From an uncultured Lentisphaeria bacterium (GTDB lineage: Bacteria > Verrucomicrobiota > Lentisphaeria > JABSQK01 > JAJFLO01): a stretch of DNA of 32,000 bases. The notes beneath the pieces were generated by a model. That model did no database searches. It was not told the DNA's origin and saw nothing but the letters and a program-made list of their open reading frames with translations. This document shows, piece by piece, positions 15,834 through 25,018 of this stretch. Positions within the stretch are counted from its first letter, which is position 1. Each line of letters opens with the position of its first letter. The stretch is taken from NCBI GenBank assembly GCA_951812855.1, contig OX638337.1:990001-1022000 (forward strand), in the 5' to 3' direction. The position numbers were made by a program, and so were the translations under genes.

Positions 15834-15848
15834 AAAGTACTTCCTTTA

Positions 15849-15894
15849 AACCCGTTGTGAGTCGTGATTTAGATAATACCATTCGTAACGGGTT
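15849..15894. terminator. Possible bidirectional terminator hairpin between convergent genes
   Basis: AACCCGTT (15849-15856) pairs with AACGGGTT (15887-15894). The loop is long (30 nt) and there is no clear T-run, so support is weak. Confidence 0.2.
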
Positions 15895-15922
15895 AGATAA
15901 AGATTGACAGTTTGAGGTTGAG

Positions 15923-17185
15923 TCAGAAAAAGCCTCTGACAGCATTGGCAAACCCTTCAATTTCCTGTTTCGTATGAACTGCTGATACAAAACATACTTC
16001 GAATTGCGAGGGTGGAATGTAATACCCTGCTGACAGCATGTAATGAAAGAATCTTGAATATTTCTCTGTATCACATTGTTTTGCGTCCTCTAAATCGGAA
16101 ATTGAATTTTCGTTGAAAAATAGTGTAAAGACACCATCTAAATGGGCCAGTGTACATAATCCATTTTTAAATTGTTCGGTACCCTCCAACCCCTCAAGGA
16201 TTTGTGCATTTTGTTTTATTCTGTCATATACGTTATGAGATTTGAGAATCTTTAATGTTGTTATACCGGCAGTAACAGCGATTGGATTGCCGCTCAGGGT
16301 TCCGGCTTGATAGACATTTCCTAACGGCGATAATTTGTCCATTATCTTACGTTGCCCACCCAATGCTCCTATTGGCAGCCCCCCGCCGATAATCTTGCCA
16401 AGACAGGTAATGTCTGGAGTTACATTACAAATCGTTCCGTATGTTGTTGGTCCAAATCGAAAACCTGTAATCACTTCATCAAAAATTAAAAGTGCACCAT
16501 ACTCTTCTGTTATTCGTCGTAATCCGGCTAAAAAGCCGTCTTCTGGTTTTACCAGTCCCATATTGCCGGCTACCGGCTCAATGATGATTGCGGCGATCTC
16601 GGAACCCCGGTTCTTAAAAATAGATTCAATGGCTTCGAGGTTATTGTAAGGTGCAGCAAAAGTATCTTTTATAATATTTTCAGAAATTCCCTCAGATAAA
16701 TGGATTGCTCCGGTTAGTAAACCGCTTCCTCCTGATACAAGCAGTGAATCTGAATGGCCGTGGTAACATCCATCAAATTTAACTATTTTTGATCGATTTG
16801 TATATCCTTTAGCTAAGCGCAGTGCTGTCATTGTTGCTTCTGTCCCCGAATTTACTAAACGAACTTTTTCAAAATAAGGAATTTGCCGGCAAAGGAATTC
16901 GGCTAATTCTATTTCTAATTCAGTGGTGGCTCCAAACGTCAGCCCGTTGTCGGCGGCAACTTTAACTGCATTGATTACTTCAGGGTGGGCATGTCCCAGA
17001 ATCAGCGGGCCCCAGGATCCGCAGTAATCTGTTAACGTTTGGCCATCTGCAGTAATTAATTTGCTGCCGGACCCGCGTTCGATGTGAATGGGGATACCGC
17101 CGACTGCATTCCACGCACGTACTGGACTGTTTACCCCTCCGGGAATTACTCTATTTGCCCGAATTGAAAGATTTTTTGATGTCAT
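15923..17185 (-). CDS. hemL: Glutamate-1-semialdehyde 2,1-aminomutase
   Basis: 420 aa. RANRVIPGGVNSPVRAWNAVGG, FDEVITGFR and the PLP-Lys context CLGKIIGGGLP, all characteristic of HemL. Confidence 0.95.
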   Translation of the reverse strand: MTSKNLSIRANRVIPGGVNSPVRAWNAVGGIPIHIERGSGSKLITADGQTLTDYCGSWGPLILGHAHPEVINAVKVAADNGLTFGATTELEIELAEFLCRQIPYFEKVRLVNSGTEATMTALRLAKGYTNRSKIVKFDGCYHGHSDSLLVSGGSGLLTGAIHLSEGISENIIKDTFAAPYNNLEAIESIFKNRGSEIAAIIIEPVAGNMGLVKPEDGFLAGLRRITEEYGALLIFDEVITGFRFGPTTYGTICNVTPDITCLGKIIGGGLPIGALGGQRKIMDKLSPLGNVYQAGTLSGNPIAVTAGITTLKILKSHNVYDRIKQNAQILEGLEGTEQFKNGLCTLAHLDGVFTLFFNENSISDLEDAKQCDTEKYSRFFHYMLSAGYYIPPSQFEVCFVSAVHTKQEIEGFANAVRGFF

Positions 17186-17311
17186 TAAGTTATTATATCG
17201 AGTTTACTATTCTGTAAACTGGTATTCTGATTGATTGATTAAACAAGTTTTTTGCAAATGATAAATAATGCGGACATCAAGTGTCATGCTTCCAGTAAAC
17301 CTGTAAGCACA

Positions 17312-17908
17312 TTATTTCCATTTCCGGGTATCAAATAAATTTTTTGAACATGCATTATGGATTGCACAAGTCCGATGACTAATCGAATTTTTTATAGATT
17401 TATCCAATTCGCCGAATGTTTTTTGATAACCGTCCGGAATAAATATTGGATCATATCCGAATCCATTTTTCCCTGCGGGTTCACGTGCAATACTTCCCCT
17501 GACTTCCCCCTCGGTTGTGTCAATAATACCATGGGGTGTTGCGAATGCCAAAACACAAACATATCGAGCACTGCGGTTAGGATTTTTACCCAGTTTTTTG
17601 AGGATTAAGTCATTTTTGTCAACATCACTTAAATTTTCTCCGCCATATCGTGCGGAATAAATTCCAGGCTCTGCATTGAGTGAAAACACTTCTAAACCAG
17701 AATCTTCTGCAAAAATATTCCGGCCAGTGTAAGCAGCAATCTCTAAAGCCTTTTTTTGGGCGTTATCTTCGAATGTCTTTCCATCTTCTATAACTTCAGG
17801 GAGCTTCCAAATATGGCTCGCATTTTCTACAGACAAACCAAGTTCTGATAAAACATCATTGAACTCTTTAATCTTATTATTATTGGATGTGGCTGCATAC
17901 AGGGTCAT
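17312..17908 (-). CDS. rdgB: Non-canonical purine NTP pyrophosphatase (dITP/XTPase, RdgB/HAM1 family)
   Basis: ATSNNNKIKEF, EDSGLEV..LNAEPGIYSARY, NGFGYDPIFIPDGYQKTFGEL and SHR motifs. Confidence 0.9.
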   Translation of the reverse strand: MTLYAATSNNNKIKEFNDVLSELGLSVENASHIWKLPEVIEDGKTFEDNAQKKALEIAAYTGRNIFAEDSGLEVFSLNAEPGIYSARYGGENLSDVDKNDLILKKLGKNPNRSARYVCVLAFATPHGIIDTTEGEVRGSIAREPAGKNGFGYDPIFIPDGYQKTFGELDKSIKNSISHRTCAIHNACSKNLFDTRKWK

Positions 17909-17930
17909 CTTTTTTCAATCTTAACCCATT

Positions 17931-18260
17931 TTAATCTTTGACAAGTTCTTTCGATTTTTCTTTTCTGCGTATGTGTTTATCTCTTAATTTACTGAGGAAT
18001 TTTCCCAATTGTTTATCCGCCTTTTCAAGGGCATTATCGATTGATTGGCGTTGGGTAAGTTCTTTTGATTTTGCCTCGATGGAAATATTCTTGCCATGGA
18101 GAATAACTTCCGTATAAAACAAGTTCTTCTGATGATCCAGTACAACCCTGGCAGAGGTGAGTTTGTTATACTCAGCTTCGATTTTGTCCAGTGCATTGTA
18201 GATATACCGTTTTAAGTTTTCATCTAAATTCTGATGTCTTCCAGCAATAATTTTTTCCAT
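17931..18260 (-). CDS. hpf: Ribosome hibernation factor, short HPF/RaiA (sigma-54 modulation protein family)
   Basis: 109 aa. IAGRHQNLDENLKRYI..KIE..ARVVLDHQKNLFYTEVILHGKNISIEAKSKEL..SIDNALEKADKQLGKF fits S30AE/HPF. In the conserved position just after lptB. Confidence 0.85.
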   Translation of the reverse strand: MEKIIAGRHQNLDENLKRYIYNALDKIEAEYNKLTSARVVLDHQKNLFYTEVILHGKNISIEAKSKELTQRQSIDNALEKADKQLGKFLSKLRDKHIRRKEKSKELVKD

Positions 18261-18273
18261 AATGTAATCCGTT

Positions 18274-19056
18274 CTATTCTGAAAATTGTGGGCCTAAGTA
18301 AACGTCTTTTGCTTTTTCATCATTTATTAAATATTCCCGATCTCCTTCACATATTATTTTCCCTTCATAAATCAAGTATGCACGATCAACTATGGCTAAT
18401 GTCTCTCTCACATTATGATCTGTAATGAGGATTCCTAATCCACGATCTTTTAAGTTTTCAATTAGTTTTTGAACATCATGAACTGCCAATGGATCCACCC
18501 CGCTAAATGGCTCATCCAACATGATAAAACTTGGATTTGTTACGAGTGCACGGGTTATTTCTAATCGTCTTCGCTCACCTCCACTCAATGTATACGCTTT
18601 CTGTTTTGCTAAAACGGTTAGTCCTAATCCATCGAGGAGATGGTTTAACCGTTCCTGTCTTTTTTCCTTAGAGATATCCAGGGTTTCCAGGATGCTCATA
18701 ATATTATCTTCTACTGTCATTTTTCTGAAGACAGACGGTTCCTGTGATAAATAACCAAGCCCTAATCGTGCTCGTTTGTACATGGGAAGATTTGAAACGT
18801 CCCTGTCATTAAATATGATGCTCCCTGAGTCTGGTTTGACGAGACCGACGATCAGATAGAAGCTGGTTGTTTTACCTGCACCATTGGGGCCTAAAAGCCC
18901 AACGATTTCACCATGACCTATCGTAACATTTATACCGTTGATAATCTGTTTGCTGCGATAGGACTTTTTCAATCCGTTTACGGATAAAAGATGCTCACTC
19001 ACGTTTACCGTCTTTTGATTTAGGGTTTGTAAACAAATTGTTGAGGGGATGATCAT
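18274..19056 (-). CDS. lptB: LPS export ABC transporter ATP-binding protein LptB
   Basis: Walker A GPNGAGKTT, Q-loop, signature LSGGERRRLEI, Walker B FIMLDEPFSGVD and H-loop ITDHN. The track start (ATG 19056) gives an atypical 18-aa extension overlapping lptA by 62 nt. The in-frame GTG at 19002 (VSEHLLSVNGLKKSY) overlaps the lptA stop by 8 nt and is the more likely start. Confidence 0.9.
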   Translation of the reverse strand: MIIPSTICLQTLNQKTVNVSEHLLSVNGLKKSYRSKQIINGINVTIGHGEIVGLLGPNGAGKTTSFYLIVGLVKPDSGSIIFNDRDVSNLPMYKRARLGLGYLSQEPSVFRKMTVEDNIMSILETLDISKEKRQERLNHLLDGLGLTVLAKQKAYTLSGGERRRLEITRALVTNPSFIMLDEPFSGVDPLAVHDVQKLIENLKDRGLGILITDHNVRETLAIVDRAYLIYEGKIICEGDREYLINDEKAKDVYLGPQFSE

Positions 19057-19567
19057 CGCTTTCAGATTTTTTGATGACTAAATGTACTTTCCCTCCCTCT
19101 GTTTTGAATTTCCCTTTATCTCTTGAGTAAATAATTTTTTCTGCACCCTCAATCTGATTATAGCCTTTGATCAAAACAGGTTTATTTGAAAGAATAACAT
19201 TACCTTTGGCAAAATCATAAACCGCGTTGCCGCCAACAGCCTCATTATTGTCAGAAATGATTTTTACATTACCGTCTGCTTCTATTTTTCTTAAATCATC
19301 ATTCTCATCAAATTCTACAGTTAATTTATCGGCATTCATTGTCAGTTTTTCATCCTCAATTGTAACATTCCCGACAAAAACAGCCTGTTTTTTATTAATG
19401 TCGAAATCAAGGGTATCCGATGTAATATCTGTAAATAATGATACAATTTCCTTTATAACCTCGGTTGTTGTGTCTTTTTCATTTTCAGCTGTTGAAAGCT
19501 GGGAAATAAAAAGAAAACCTGAGAAAATTGAAATAATAAGATATAAAATGTGTCTGGTACAATTCAT
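18995..19567 (-). CDS. lptA: LPS transport periplasmic protein LptA (OstA-N fold)
   Basis: Signal peptide, then the repetitive beta-jellyroll pattern ITSDTLDFDINKKQAVFVGNVTIEDEKLTMNADKLTVEFDE..KIEADGNVKI..GGNAVYDFAKGNVILS. Located between lptC-like and lptB. Confidence 0.8.
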   Translation of the reverse strand: MNCTRHILYLIISIFSGFLFISQLSTAENEKDTTTEVIKEIVSLFTDITSDTLDFDINKKQAVFVGNVTIEDEKLTMNADKLTVEFDENDDLRKIEADGNVKIISDNNEAVGGNAVYDFAKGNVILSNKPVLIKGYNQIEGAEKIIYSRDKGKFKTEGGKVHLVIKKSESDDHPLNNLFTNPKSKDGKRE

Positions 19568-19572
19568 TTCAA

Positions 19573-19989
19573 TTATTGACCAAGCAGATTAACATTTTTA
19601 TTAAAAATCCTCATTTTCACGTTATGCCTGATGAAAAGATGTTGCTTTTCAAACAATAAGTCAAAACCAATTCCATCAACGGTGAATGACTGACTGCGGA
19701 AGTGAACCCGGCGATCACTGCTGCATACCTTTTCGATTTGGTTTAAGGTACACTCCGGACTAAATAAGCGCATATCCCCAGCACTTTTATTGAACAGTAC
19801 GTGGACATTACTCAACTTACCGATATTGCCTGAGAATACTGCTTTTTTTCCGCTGATAATATAACTAAGGCCACCAAGCTTAAAATTATCTATTGCGACT
19901 CTCTCATTAAAAAAGTCACCCTCAGCAAGCGATGGCAGAATGATCAGGAATACTGTGCTGATAATTAATGATGCTCTATAATTTTTCAT
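19573..19989 (-). CDS. lptC: LptC-like membrane-anchored LPS transport protein
   Basis: 138 aa with an N-terminal anchor (LIISTVFLIILPSL) and a beta-rich body. Sits between kdsC and lptA, as in the conserved kdsC-lptC-lptA-lptB arrangement. Sequence similarity is weak, so the call rests mainly on context. Confidence 0.5.
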   Translation of the reverse strand: MKNYRASLIISTVFLIILPSLAEGDFFNERVAIDNFKLGGLSYIISGKKAVFSGNIGKLSNVHVLFNKSAGDMRLFSPECTLNQIEKVCSSDRRVHFRSQSFTVDGIGFDLLFEKQHLFIRHNVKMRIFNKNVNLLGQ

Positions 19990-20515
19990 TTTCTTCTTCA
20001 GTCAAATAGGGCTGCATAGCATTTTCCCATTGACCCTTTTCATTTAAGAGTCTAACAATTATTTCTCTGACGGCTCCCTTGCCTCCGGCTAACGTTGACT
20101 GCCAATCGGAACATTTTTTAACCTCATCTACAGCATCGGCAACACATGCGCCAATCCCGGCTTTTCTTAAAACCGGTATGTCGATGACATCGTCACCGAT
20201 ATATAAGCATTCTTTAGCAGTTAAATTGTTGTCTGTTAATATTTGTTCAAATGCAATTGCTTTATTAATTTTTCCTTCATATAAGAAGCTTAAATTAAGT
20301 TCTTCAGCCCGCTTTCGGGTTGCGTTATCTGATCTCCCCGTTAGAATCCCAACCTTATATCCGGCATTCAGTGCTGTTTTTATTGCATGACCATCTTTGG
20401 TATTAAAGAATTTAATCACCTCATTGCCATTATATCCCAAAATGCCGTCGGTCAGGACTCCGTCAACATCAAGTATTATAGTATTTACAGAGTTAATTTT
20501 TTCGGAATAGGTCAT
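19976..20515 (-). CDS. kdsC: 3-deoxy-D-manno-octulosonate 8-phosphate phosphatase (HAD superfamily)
   Basis: HAD motif I IILDVDGVLTDG, then DGHAIK, GILTGR, and motif IV YIGDDVIDIPVLRKAGIGACVADA. Confidence 0.85.
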   Translation of the reverse strand: MTYSEKINSVNTIILDVDGVLTDGILGYNGNEVIKFFNTKDGHAIKTALNAGYKVGILTGRSDNATRKRAEELNLSFLYEGKINKAIAFEQILTDNNLTAKECLYIGDDVIDIPVLRKAGIGACVADAVDEVKKCSDWQSTLAGGKGAVREIIVRLLNEKGQWENAMQPYLTEEENEKL

Positions 20516-21323
20516 GGATTTTTACTGCTTGAAGCAGGGATTGTTTAATTTTAGACAGTGGAATTGAATTGGGTCCATCTGATTTTGCTTCCTCTGGATT
20601 CGGATGTGTTTCAAGAAAAAGACCATCTATACCCACGGCTGCTGCTGCACGCACTAAAGGAAGAATAAATTCTCGTTGACCGCCACTGGATTTTCCCTGT
20701 CCTCCAGGTAACTGGACAGAATGGGTCGCATCAAATATAACCGGAACATTTAAGGACCGCATGATAACCAATGAGCGCATATCTACAACAAGATTTTTAT
20801 AACCAAAGGTAGTTCCTCTTTCTGTTACCAACACATTTTTATTTCCGGTAGATAGAACCTTTTCAACTGCAGATTGCATATCCCGGGGTGCCATGAATTG
20901 TCCTTTTTTGATATTAATGGTGCGTTTGCTATTTCCAGCTTCTATTAATAAATCTGTTTGCCGACATAAAAATGCAGGTATTTGCAGGATATCCGCGACG
21001 TGGCTGACGGGTTCAATTTGACTGATTTCATGGATATCAGTCACGATGGGAATAGAGAGTGAGTCTTTTATGTGTTTAAGTATTTCTAATCCTTTTTCAA
21101 GTCCCGGACCACGAAAAGAATCAATACTCGTGCGATTTGCTTTATCAAATGAGGCCTTGAAAATATAGGATATACCCAATTCATGACATACATTTTTGAG
21201 TGTTGTGGCTATTTCAATGCACATAGTTTCGTTTTCAATAACACATGGACCGGAAATAACCAAAAGCGGATGTGCCGTCCCGATAATCATCGAATCTGTA
21301 ATTTTTACTTCCATATTATTCAT
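20493..21323 (-). CDS. kdsA: 2-dehydro-3-deoxyphosphooctonate aldolase (Kdo8P synthase)
   Basis: LLVISGPCVIE, FKASFDKANRTS, ILQIPAFLCRQTDLL, INIKKGQF, VIFDATHSVQLPGG and GLFLETHPNP, all KdsA hallmarks. Confidence 0.95.
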   Translation of the reverse strand: MNNMEVKITDSMIIGTAHPLLVISGPCVIENETMCIEIATTLKNVCHELGISYIFKASFDKANRTSIDSFRGPGLEKGLEILKHIKDSLSIPIVTDIHEISQIEPVSHVADILQIPAFLCRQTDLLIEAGNSKRTINIKKGQFMAPRDMQSAVEKVLSTGNKNVLVTERGTTFGYKNLVVDMRSLVIMRSLNVPVIFDATHSVQLPGGQGKSSGGQREFILPLVRAAAAVGIDGLFLETHPNPEEAKSDGPNSIPLSKIKQSLLQAVKIHDLFRKN

Positions 21324-21338
21324 TTGGCCGAATAAATT

Positions 21339-22091
21339 TTATATTTTAGAAAGGCGTAATTTTTGTTCTACTCTTTTGATATCCTCAGGGACATCCACAC
21401 CTATGGTATCGTTATCTGTTATAATGACTGAAATTTTAACTCCATGTTCGAGTGCACGAAGTTGTTCCAGTTTTTCAGCACGTTCTAAATTACTCCGGGG
21501 CCATTTTACAAATTGTTTTAAGAAACGTGTTTTATACGCATAAATCCCCCAATGTTTTAACGGTTGTGCTGCATTATCAGTATTATCCCTGAAATAAGGT
21601 ATTGCTGCTCTGCTGAAATATAGTGCAAACTTATCTTTGTCTATGACAACTTTAACGGTATTCGGATCATGGCAGTCATTATTGTCTGGACAGAATGGAA
21701 CCGCAATTGTTCCCATTTCAACGTGTTCCTGCTGTTTCATTACAGTAATTAATTCATTAATCACTGATATTGACACTAATGGTTCATCTGCCTGTACATT
21801 TACAATAATATCAGTATCTATATCTTCGATAACCTCAGCGATCCTGTCACTTCCTGTAGTGTGGTCAGGTGATGTCATTACAGCGGTTCCGCCGAATGAT
21901 TTGACACATTGTAAAATTCGATCGTCATCGGTTGCAACAATTGTCTGGAGAACATCTGCAGAGGATGTTTGTTCATAAACCCGCTGAATCATGGGTTTGC
22001 CCGCGATTTCAGCTAATGGCTTTCCTGGAAATCGTTCACTGGCGTAGCGGGCAGGTATAATTGCAATGACACGTTTATTTTTACGATCCAT
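21339..22091 (-). CDS. kdsB: 3-deoxy-manno-octulosonate cytidylyltransferase (CMP-Kdo synthetase)
   Basis: AIIPARYASERFPGKPLAEIAGKPMIQRVYE, VATDDDRI, GSDRIAE, VNVQADEPL and GIYAYK. Confidence 0.95.
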   Translation of the reverse strand: MDRKNKRVIAIIPARYASERFPGKPLAEIAGKPMIQRVYEQTSSADVLQTIVATDDDRILQCVKSFGGTAVMTSPDHTTGSDRIAEVIEDIDTDIIVNVQADEPLVSISVINELITVMKQQEHVEMGTIAVPFCPDNNDCHDPNTVKVVIDKDKFALYFSRAAIPYFRDNTDNAAQPLKHWGIYAYKTRFLKQFVKWPRSNLERAEKLEQLRALEHGVKISVIITDNDTIGVDVPEDIKRVEQKLRLSKI

Positions 22092-22117
22092 CTATACAAC
22101 GGGTTAGGGTTATATTA

Positions 22118-23203
22118 TTAAAATTCAATAGAGTATGGAGCCGGATCTATAATTGGTAAACGATTTAGAATTATATCGGCTAATAATCTTGCAGATGCGG
22201 GAGCTAACAGAATTCCATTGCGGTAGTGCCCTGTATTGACGTATAGATTCTGAATATTAGGTATTTTTCCTATTAATGGCAATCCAGATTCTGAAAACGG
22301 TCGTAATCCGGACCAATGTCGAATCGTTTTACAGTTAGACAACTCAGGGACTAATTCTATTGCGAACTTTTTTAGTGCTTTCAAACCATCCTCAGTAATA
22401 TTTTTATTAAATCCTGCATTTTCTACAGTGCTGCCGGATAAAACCAAGCCATCCGTTCTGGGAATCAAATATAGCTCATTTTTTAATATAATCTGCGAAA
22501 ATAGATTCTTATTACATTTAAATGAAATCATTTGGCCGCGAACCGGAGAAATTTTTAGATTGCAACGATTTGATTTCACCAAGTTTCCACTCCAGGCACC
22601 ACTCGCAATAATGATGTTGTCAGAAAGATAATTGCTGTTGTTTAGTTTAAATCCTAAACACCTTTGATTTTCAATTAGCAGGTTTTCAATACAGGATTGT
22701 TCTAAAATAGAAACTCCCTGTTGTAATAAATAGACTTTTAGTGCTTCCAATAATAATGGATTTCGAATCTGGTATATGTCAGGTAAAAATAATGCAGAAT
22801 GATATTTCTTATTCAAATTAGGAGCCAATCTGGCTAATTCATTTTTACTCAACCTATCTGTATTGATATCTTGTTTTTCTGCCCATGAAAAACATTGATC
22901 CATATCATGCGAGCCGATGATCATCATTCCACTCTTTGTGAGTTCTGGATTGATTTGTGTTGAATTTATCAACTCTTCAACTAAGCTTTGGTAATTGTTT
23001 TGTGACCACTGTGCCAGATCAGATATAGCCCGGGGTACTTTCCAGGGAGAGAGGGCTGAAAGGATACCGCCTCCTGCCCATGATGATTCATTTCCAGTAG
23101 TGCCTGAATCTACTAACAGAACGGACATTTCAGATTTAATAAGTTCTTTTGCGGTCAATAGCCCGATAATGCCGCCACCGATTATGATGCTGTCATATTT
23201 CAT
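22118..23203 (-). CDS. thiO: FAD-dependent oxidoreductase, glycine oxidase ThiO-like (DAO family)
   Basis: N-terminal dinucleotide fold DSIIIGGGIIGLLTA. ASGAWSG, PVRGQ, YLIPRTDG, HWSGLRP and the ThiO-typical TGHYRNGILLAPAS near the C-terminus. No other thi genes lie nearby, so the physiological role is uncertain. Confidence 0.65.
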   Translation of the reverse strand: MKYDSIIIGGGIIGLLTAKELIKSEMSVLLVDSGTTGNESSWAGGGILSALSPWKVPRAISDLAQWSQNNYQSLVEELINSTQINPELTKSGMMIIGSHDMDQCFSWAEKQDINTDRLSKNELARLAPNLNKKYHSALFLPDIYQIRNPLLLEALKVYLLQQGVSILEQSCIENLLIENQRCLGFKLNNSNYLSDNIIIASGAWSGNLVKSNRCNLKISPVRGQMISFKCNKNLFSQIILKNELYLIPRTDGLVLSGSTVENAGFNKNITEDGLKALKKFAIELVPELSNCKTIRHWSGLRPFSESGLPLIGKIPNIQNLYVNTGHYRNGILLAPASARLLADIILNRLPIIDPAPYSIEF

Positions 23204-23228
23204 AGATTCTGAATTCAGATGATTTAAT

Positions 23229-23969
23229 TTGATAAATAAACAATTTTATGAGGGTCATTATATTACTATGATTTATTACGGTATAAATCCGGTCTTTGAA
23301 TCTTTGAATTCAAACAATTTGCCGGACACAATTTACACTGCTGCATCAAAGGACAGTTCAACGATTAATTCCATAATTCGTATAGCAGAAAAGAAAAATA
23401 TACCTGTCATTCGAAAACTGGATCTGAAAAAACTCTGTCAGTCGGATAATCATCAGGGAGTGTGTGCACATATTGCAAGCTTAAATGAGCATAATTTATT
23501 TCAAACTGAAATTTCAACAAATAGATTTATTATGTTTGATGGTATACAGGATCCGCATAATTTTGGTGCTGCATTGAGAGTGTGTGAGGTATTTGGTTTC
23601 AAGCATGTAATTTTTCATAAAGGCAATTCCAGTGGACTTACTTCGACCGCAATCAAGGTATCTTCTGGTGCCGCATTTCACCTTAATCTGTATCAGACAA
23701 ACCTGAATTCAGCGATAAAGAGACTAAAACATCTTAATTTCCAAATTTGTATTTTAGACAACAACAGTGAGCAAAGCATATATGAAATAACGTTTCCGAA
23801 AAAGATTTGTTTTGTAATTGGCTCAGAAAATAAAGGAGTTCGTTTTTCGATTAAACGAAAATCAGATATTACAATGAAAATTCCGCTTTTGGGTAAGGTT
23901 GATTCACTGAATGTTTCGTGTGCACTGTCAGCTGTATTGTCAGTATATACAGGCTTTGCGTCAGAGTGA
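23229..23969 (+). CDS. rlmB: TrmH/SpoU-family RNA 2'-O-methyltransferase, RlmB-like
   Basis: SpoU substrate-binding N-domain (YGINPVFESL) and SpoU motifs DGIQDPHNFGAALR, FVIGSENKGV and IPLLGKVDSLNVSCA. The track start 23229 is TTG; the ATG at 23268 (MIYYGINP) is the more likely start. Confidence 0.75.
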   Translation: MINKQFYEGHYITMIYYGINPVFESLNSNNLPDTIYTAASKDSSTINSIIRIAEKKNIPVIRKLDLKKLCQSDNHQGVCAHIASLNEHNLFQTEISTNRFIMFDGIQDPHNFGAALRVCEVFGFKHVIFHKGNSSGLTSTAIKVSSGAAFHLNLYQTNLNSAIKRLKHLNFQICILDNNSEQSIYEITFPKKICFVIGSENKGVRFSIKRKSDITMKIPLLGKVDSLNVSCALSAVLSVYTGFASE

Positions 23970-24073
23970 AGATGAGATATCTTCTCAGAAATATGAATTG
24001 CCGGTCTTTTTATGAAAACATCAGACCTAATCGAATACAACAAATTGAACGAGAATCACAAAGTTTGGAAAAA

Positions 24074-24487
24074 TCACTTCAAACTTAAAGAATAATCACC
24101 CTTCCTTTTTTCCCATACAAATTTAGGATCGATAACAGGATCATAATTTCCCGGTGCAGAAGAAATAAAAAACGCAGTATCATAAACGCCTGCACCTGTG
24201 CGTGCTGCGACCATAACAAGCCCATTAAAAAGTCCAACAGTGGGTGTTGCCAGGAGTCCATCGTTTTTAAACGTTAACCAAAGCTGCCTGGGTAATTCTA
24301 TCCAACCCGTTGCAATGTTAACGATACCTCGAAAGAATTTTTTATTCATTGGATCAAAAACTGATTCAAATGGAATCCCGTCAAAATTTTTAGATGGAGA
24401 GTCTGTCTCCTGTGCTCTTAGATGTGAAACATTTACCAGCGACAAAATAATAACGAAAATATACAAAGTACTTAGATAATTTTTCAT
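24074..24487 (-). CDS. Small secreted protein, exosortase system-associated TIGR04073-like family
   Basis: Signal peptide (IFVIILSLVNVSHLRA). The core FFRGIVNIATGWIELPRQ ... GLFNGLVMVAARTGAGVYDTAFF matches my recollection of the TIGR04073 pattern (RG..N..TGW.E.P ... R...G..E..TF). No exosortase or PEP-CTERM gene is in the window. Confidence 0.55.
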   Translation of the reverse strand: MKNYLSTLYIFVIILSLVNVSHLRAQETDSPSKNFDGIPFESVFDPMNKKFFRGIVNIATGWIELPRQLWLTFKNDGLLATPTVGLFNGLVMVAARTGAGVYDTAFFISSAPGNYDPVIDPKFVWEKRKGDYSLSLK

Positions 24488-24785
24488 GCGTTTATTCCTG
24501 TCGGTAATTACGTTTTGGATTTAGATATAGAACTGTTTAGTGGCTGTCATAAATATTATCATCAATTAAATGATTGCAAATCACTTTGACATAGATGCCC
24601 TGCTTCTTCAATGAGAGACAATCCTGTTTTATATAAATTCATCCATAAAATGATCAATTTTAGTGTTTTTTACACTTCACTAAATTCAATTAAGCATACG
24701 GTGTCCCAGGTGAATTATTCGCAGGTAAAATTTATACGTGAACAGGGGTTCTGGAAGTTTGAGCAGGAAGTTGCCGGTACAGGAA

Positions 24786-24896
24786 TTAATATTTTTTCTC
24801 TTCCTTGAATTCAACTTCACTCTGTTGTATGCCAAAGTGTTTGCAAGTGTATTGAATAAATTCCTGTTCATCTGAATTTAACTCACCGTCAATCAT
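24786..24896 (-). other. 36-codon ORF resembling the distal half of a TerB/DjlA-N domain; probable gene fragment
   Basis: The minus strand reads (..KLVNIIEVS)MIDGELNSDEQEFIQYTCKHFGIQQSEVEFKEEKKY*. The xDGxLxxxExxFI..lgl pattern is TerB-like. An in-frame stop lies 15 codons upstream of the ATG. No SD is seen. It is embedded in a 785-bp non-coding gap. Confidence 0.3.
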
Positions 24897-25000
24897 AGAT
24901 ACTTCAATAATGTTTACCAATTTGTTTTGTTACGAAAATTATTTAGGATAGAAACGGGAATGTCCATGGTTGTTTATATTCCGGATGTCGTTTTTGTTTT

Positions 25001-25018
25001 CTTTATAAATTTATAAAG
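25001..25018. repeat. 18-bp perfect palindrome CTTTATAAATTTATAAAG
   Basis: Read directly; it is its own reverse complement. It lies about 300 bp upstream of the CDC123-like gene in the long AT-rich gap. The function (operator or chance) is unknown. Confidence 0.9.

Noticed and set aside
18995-19056. A 62-nt overlap between lptA and the long form of lptB, as a possible unusual overlapping-gene arrangement.
   Set aside because: The in-frame GTG at 19002 gives a normal-length LptB N-terminus and only an 8-nt overlap with the lptA stop. The long form is most likely an ORF-calling artefact.
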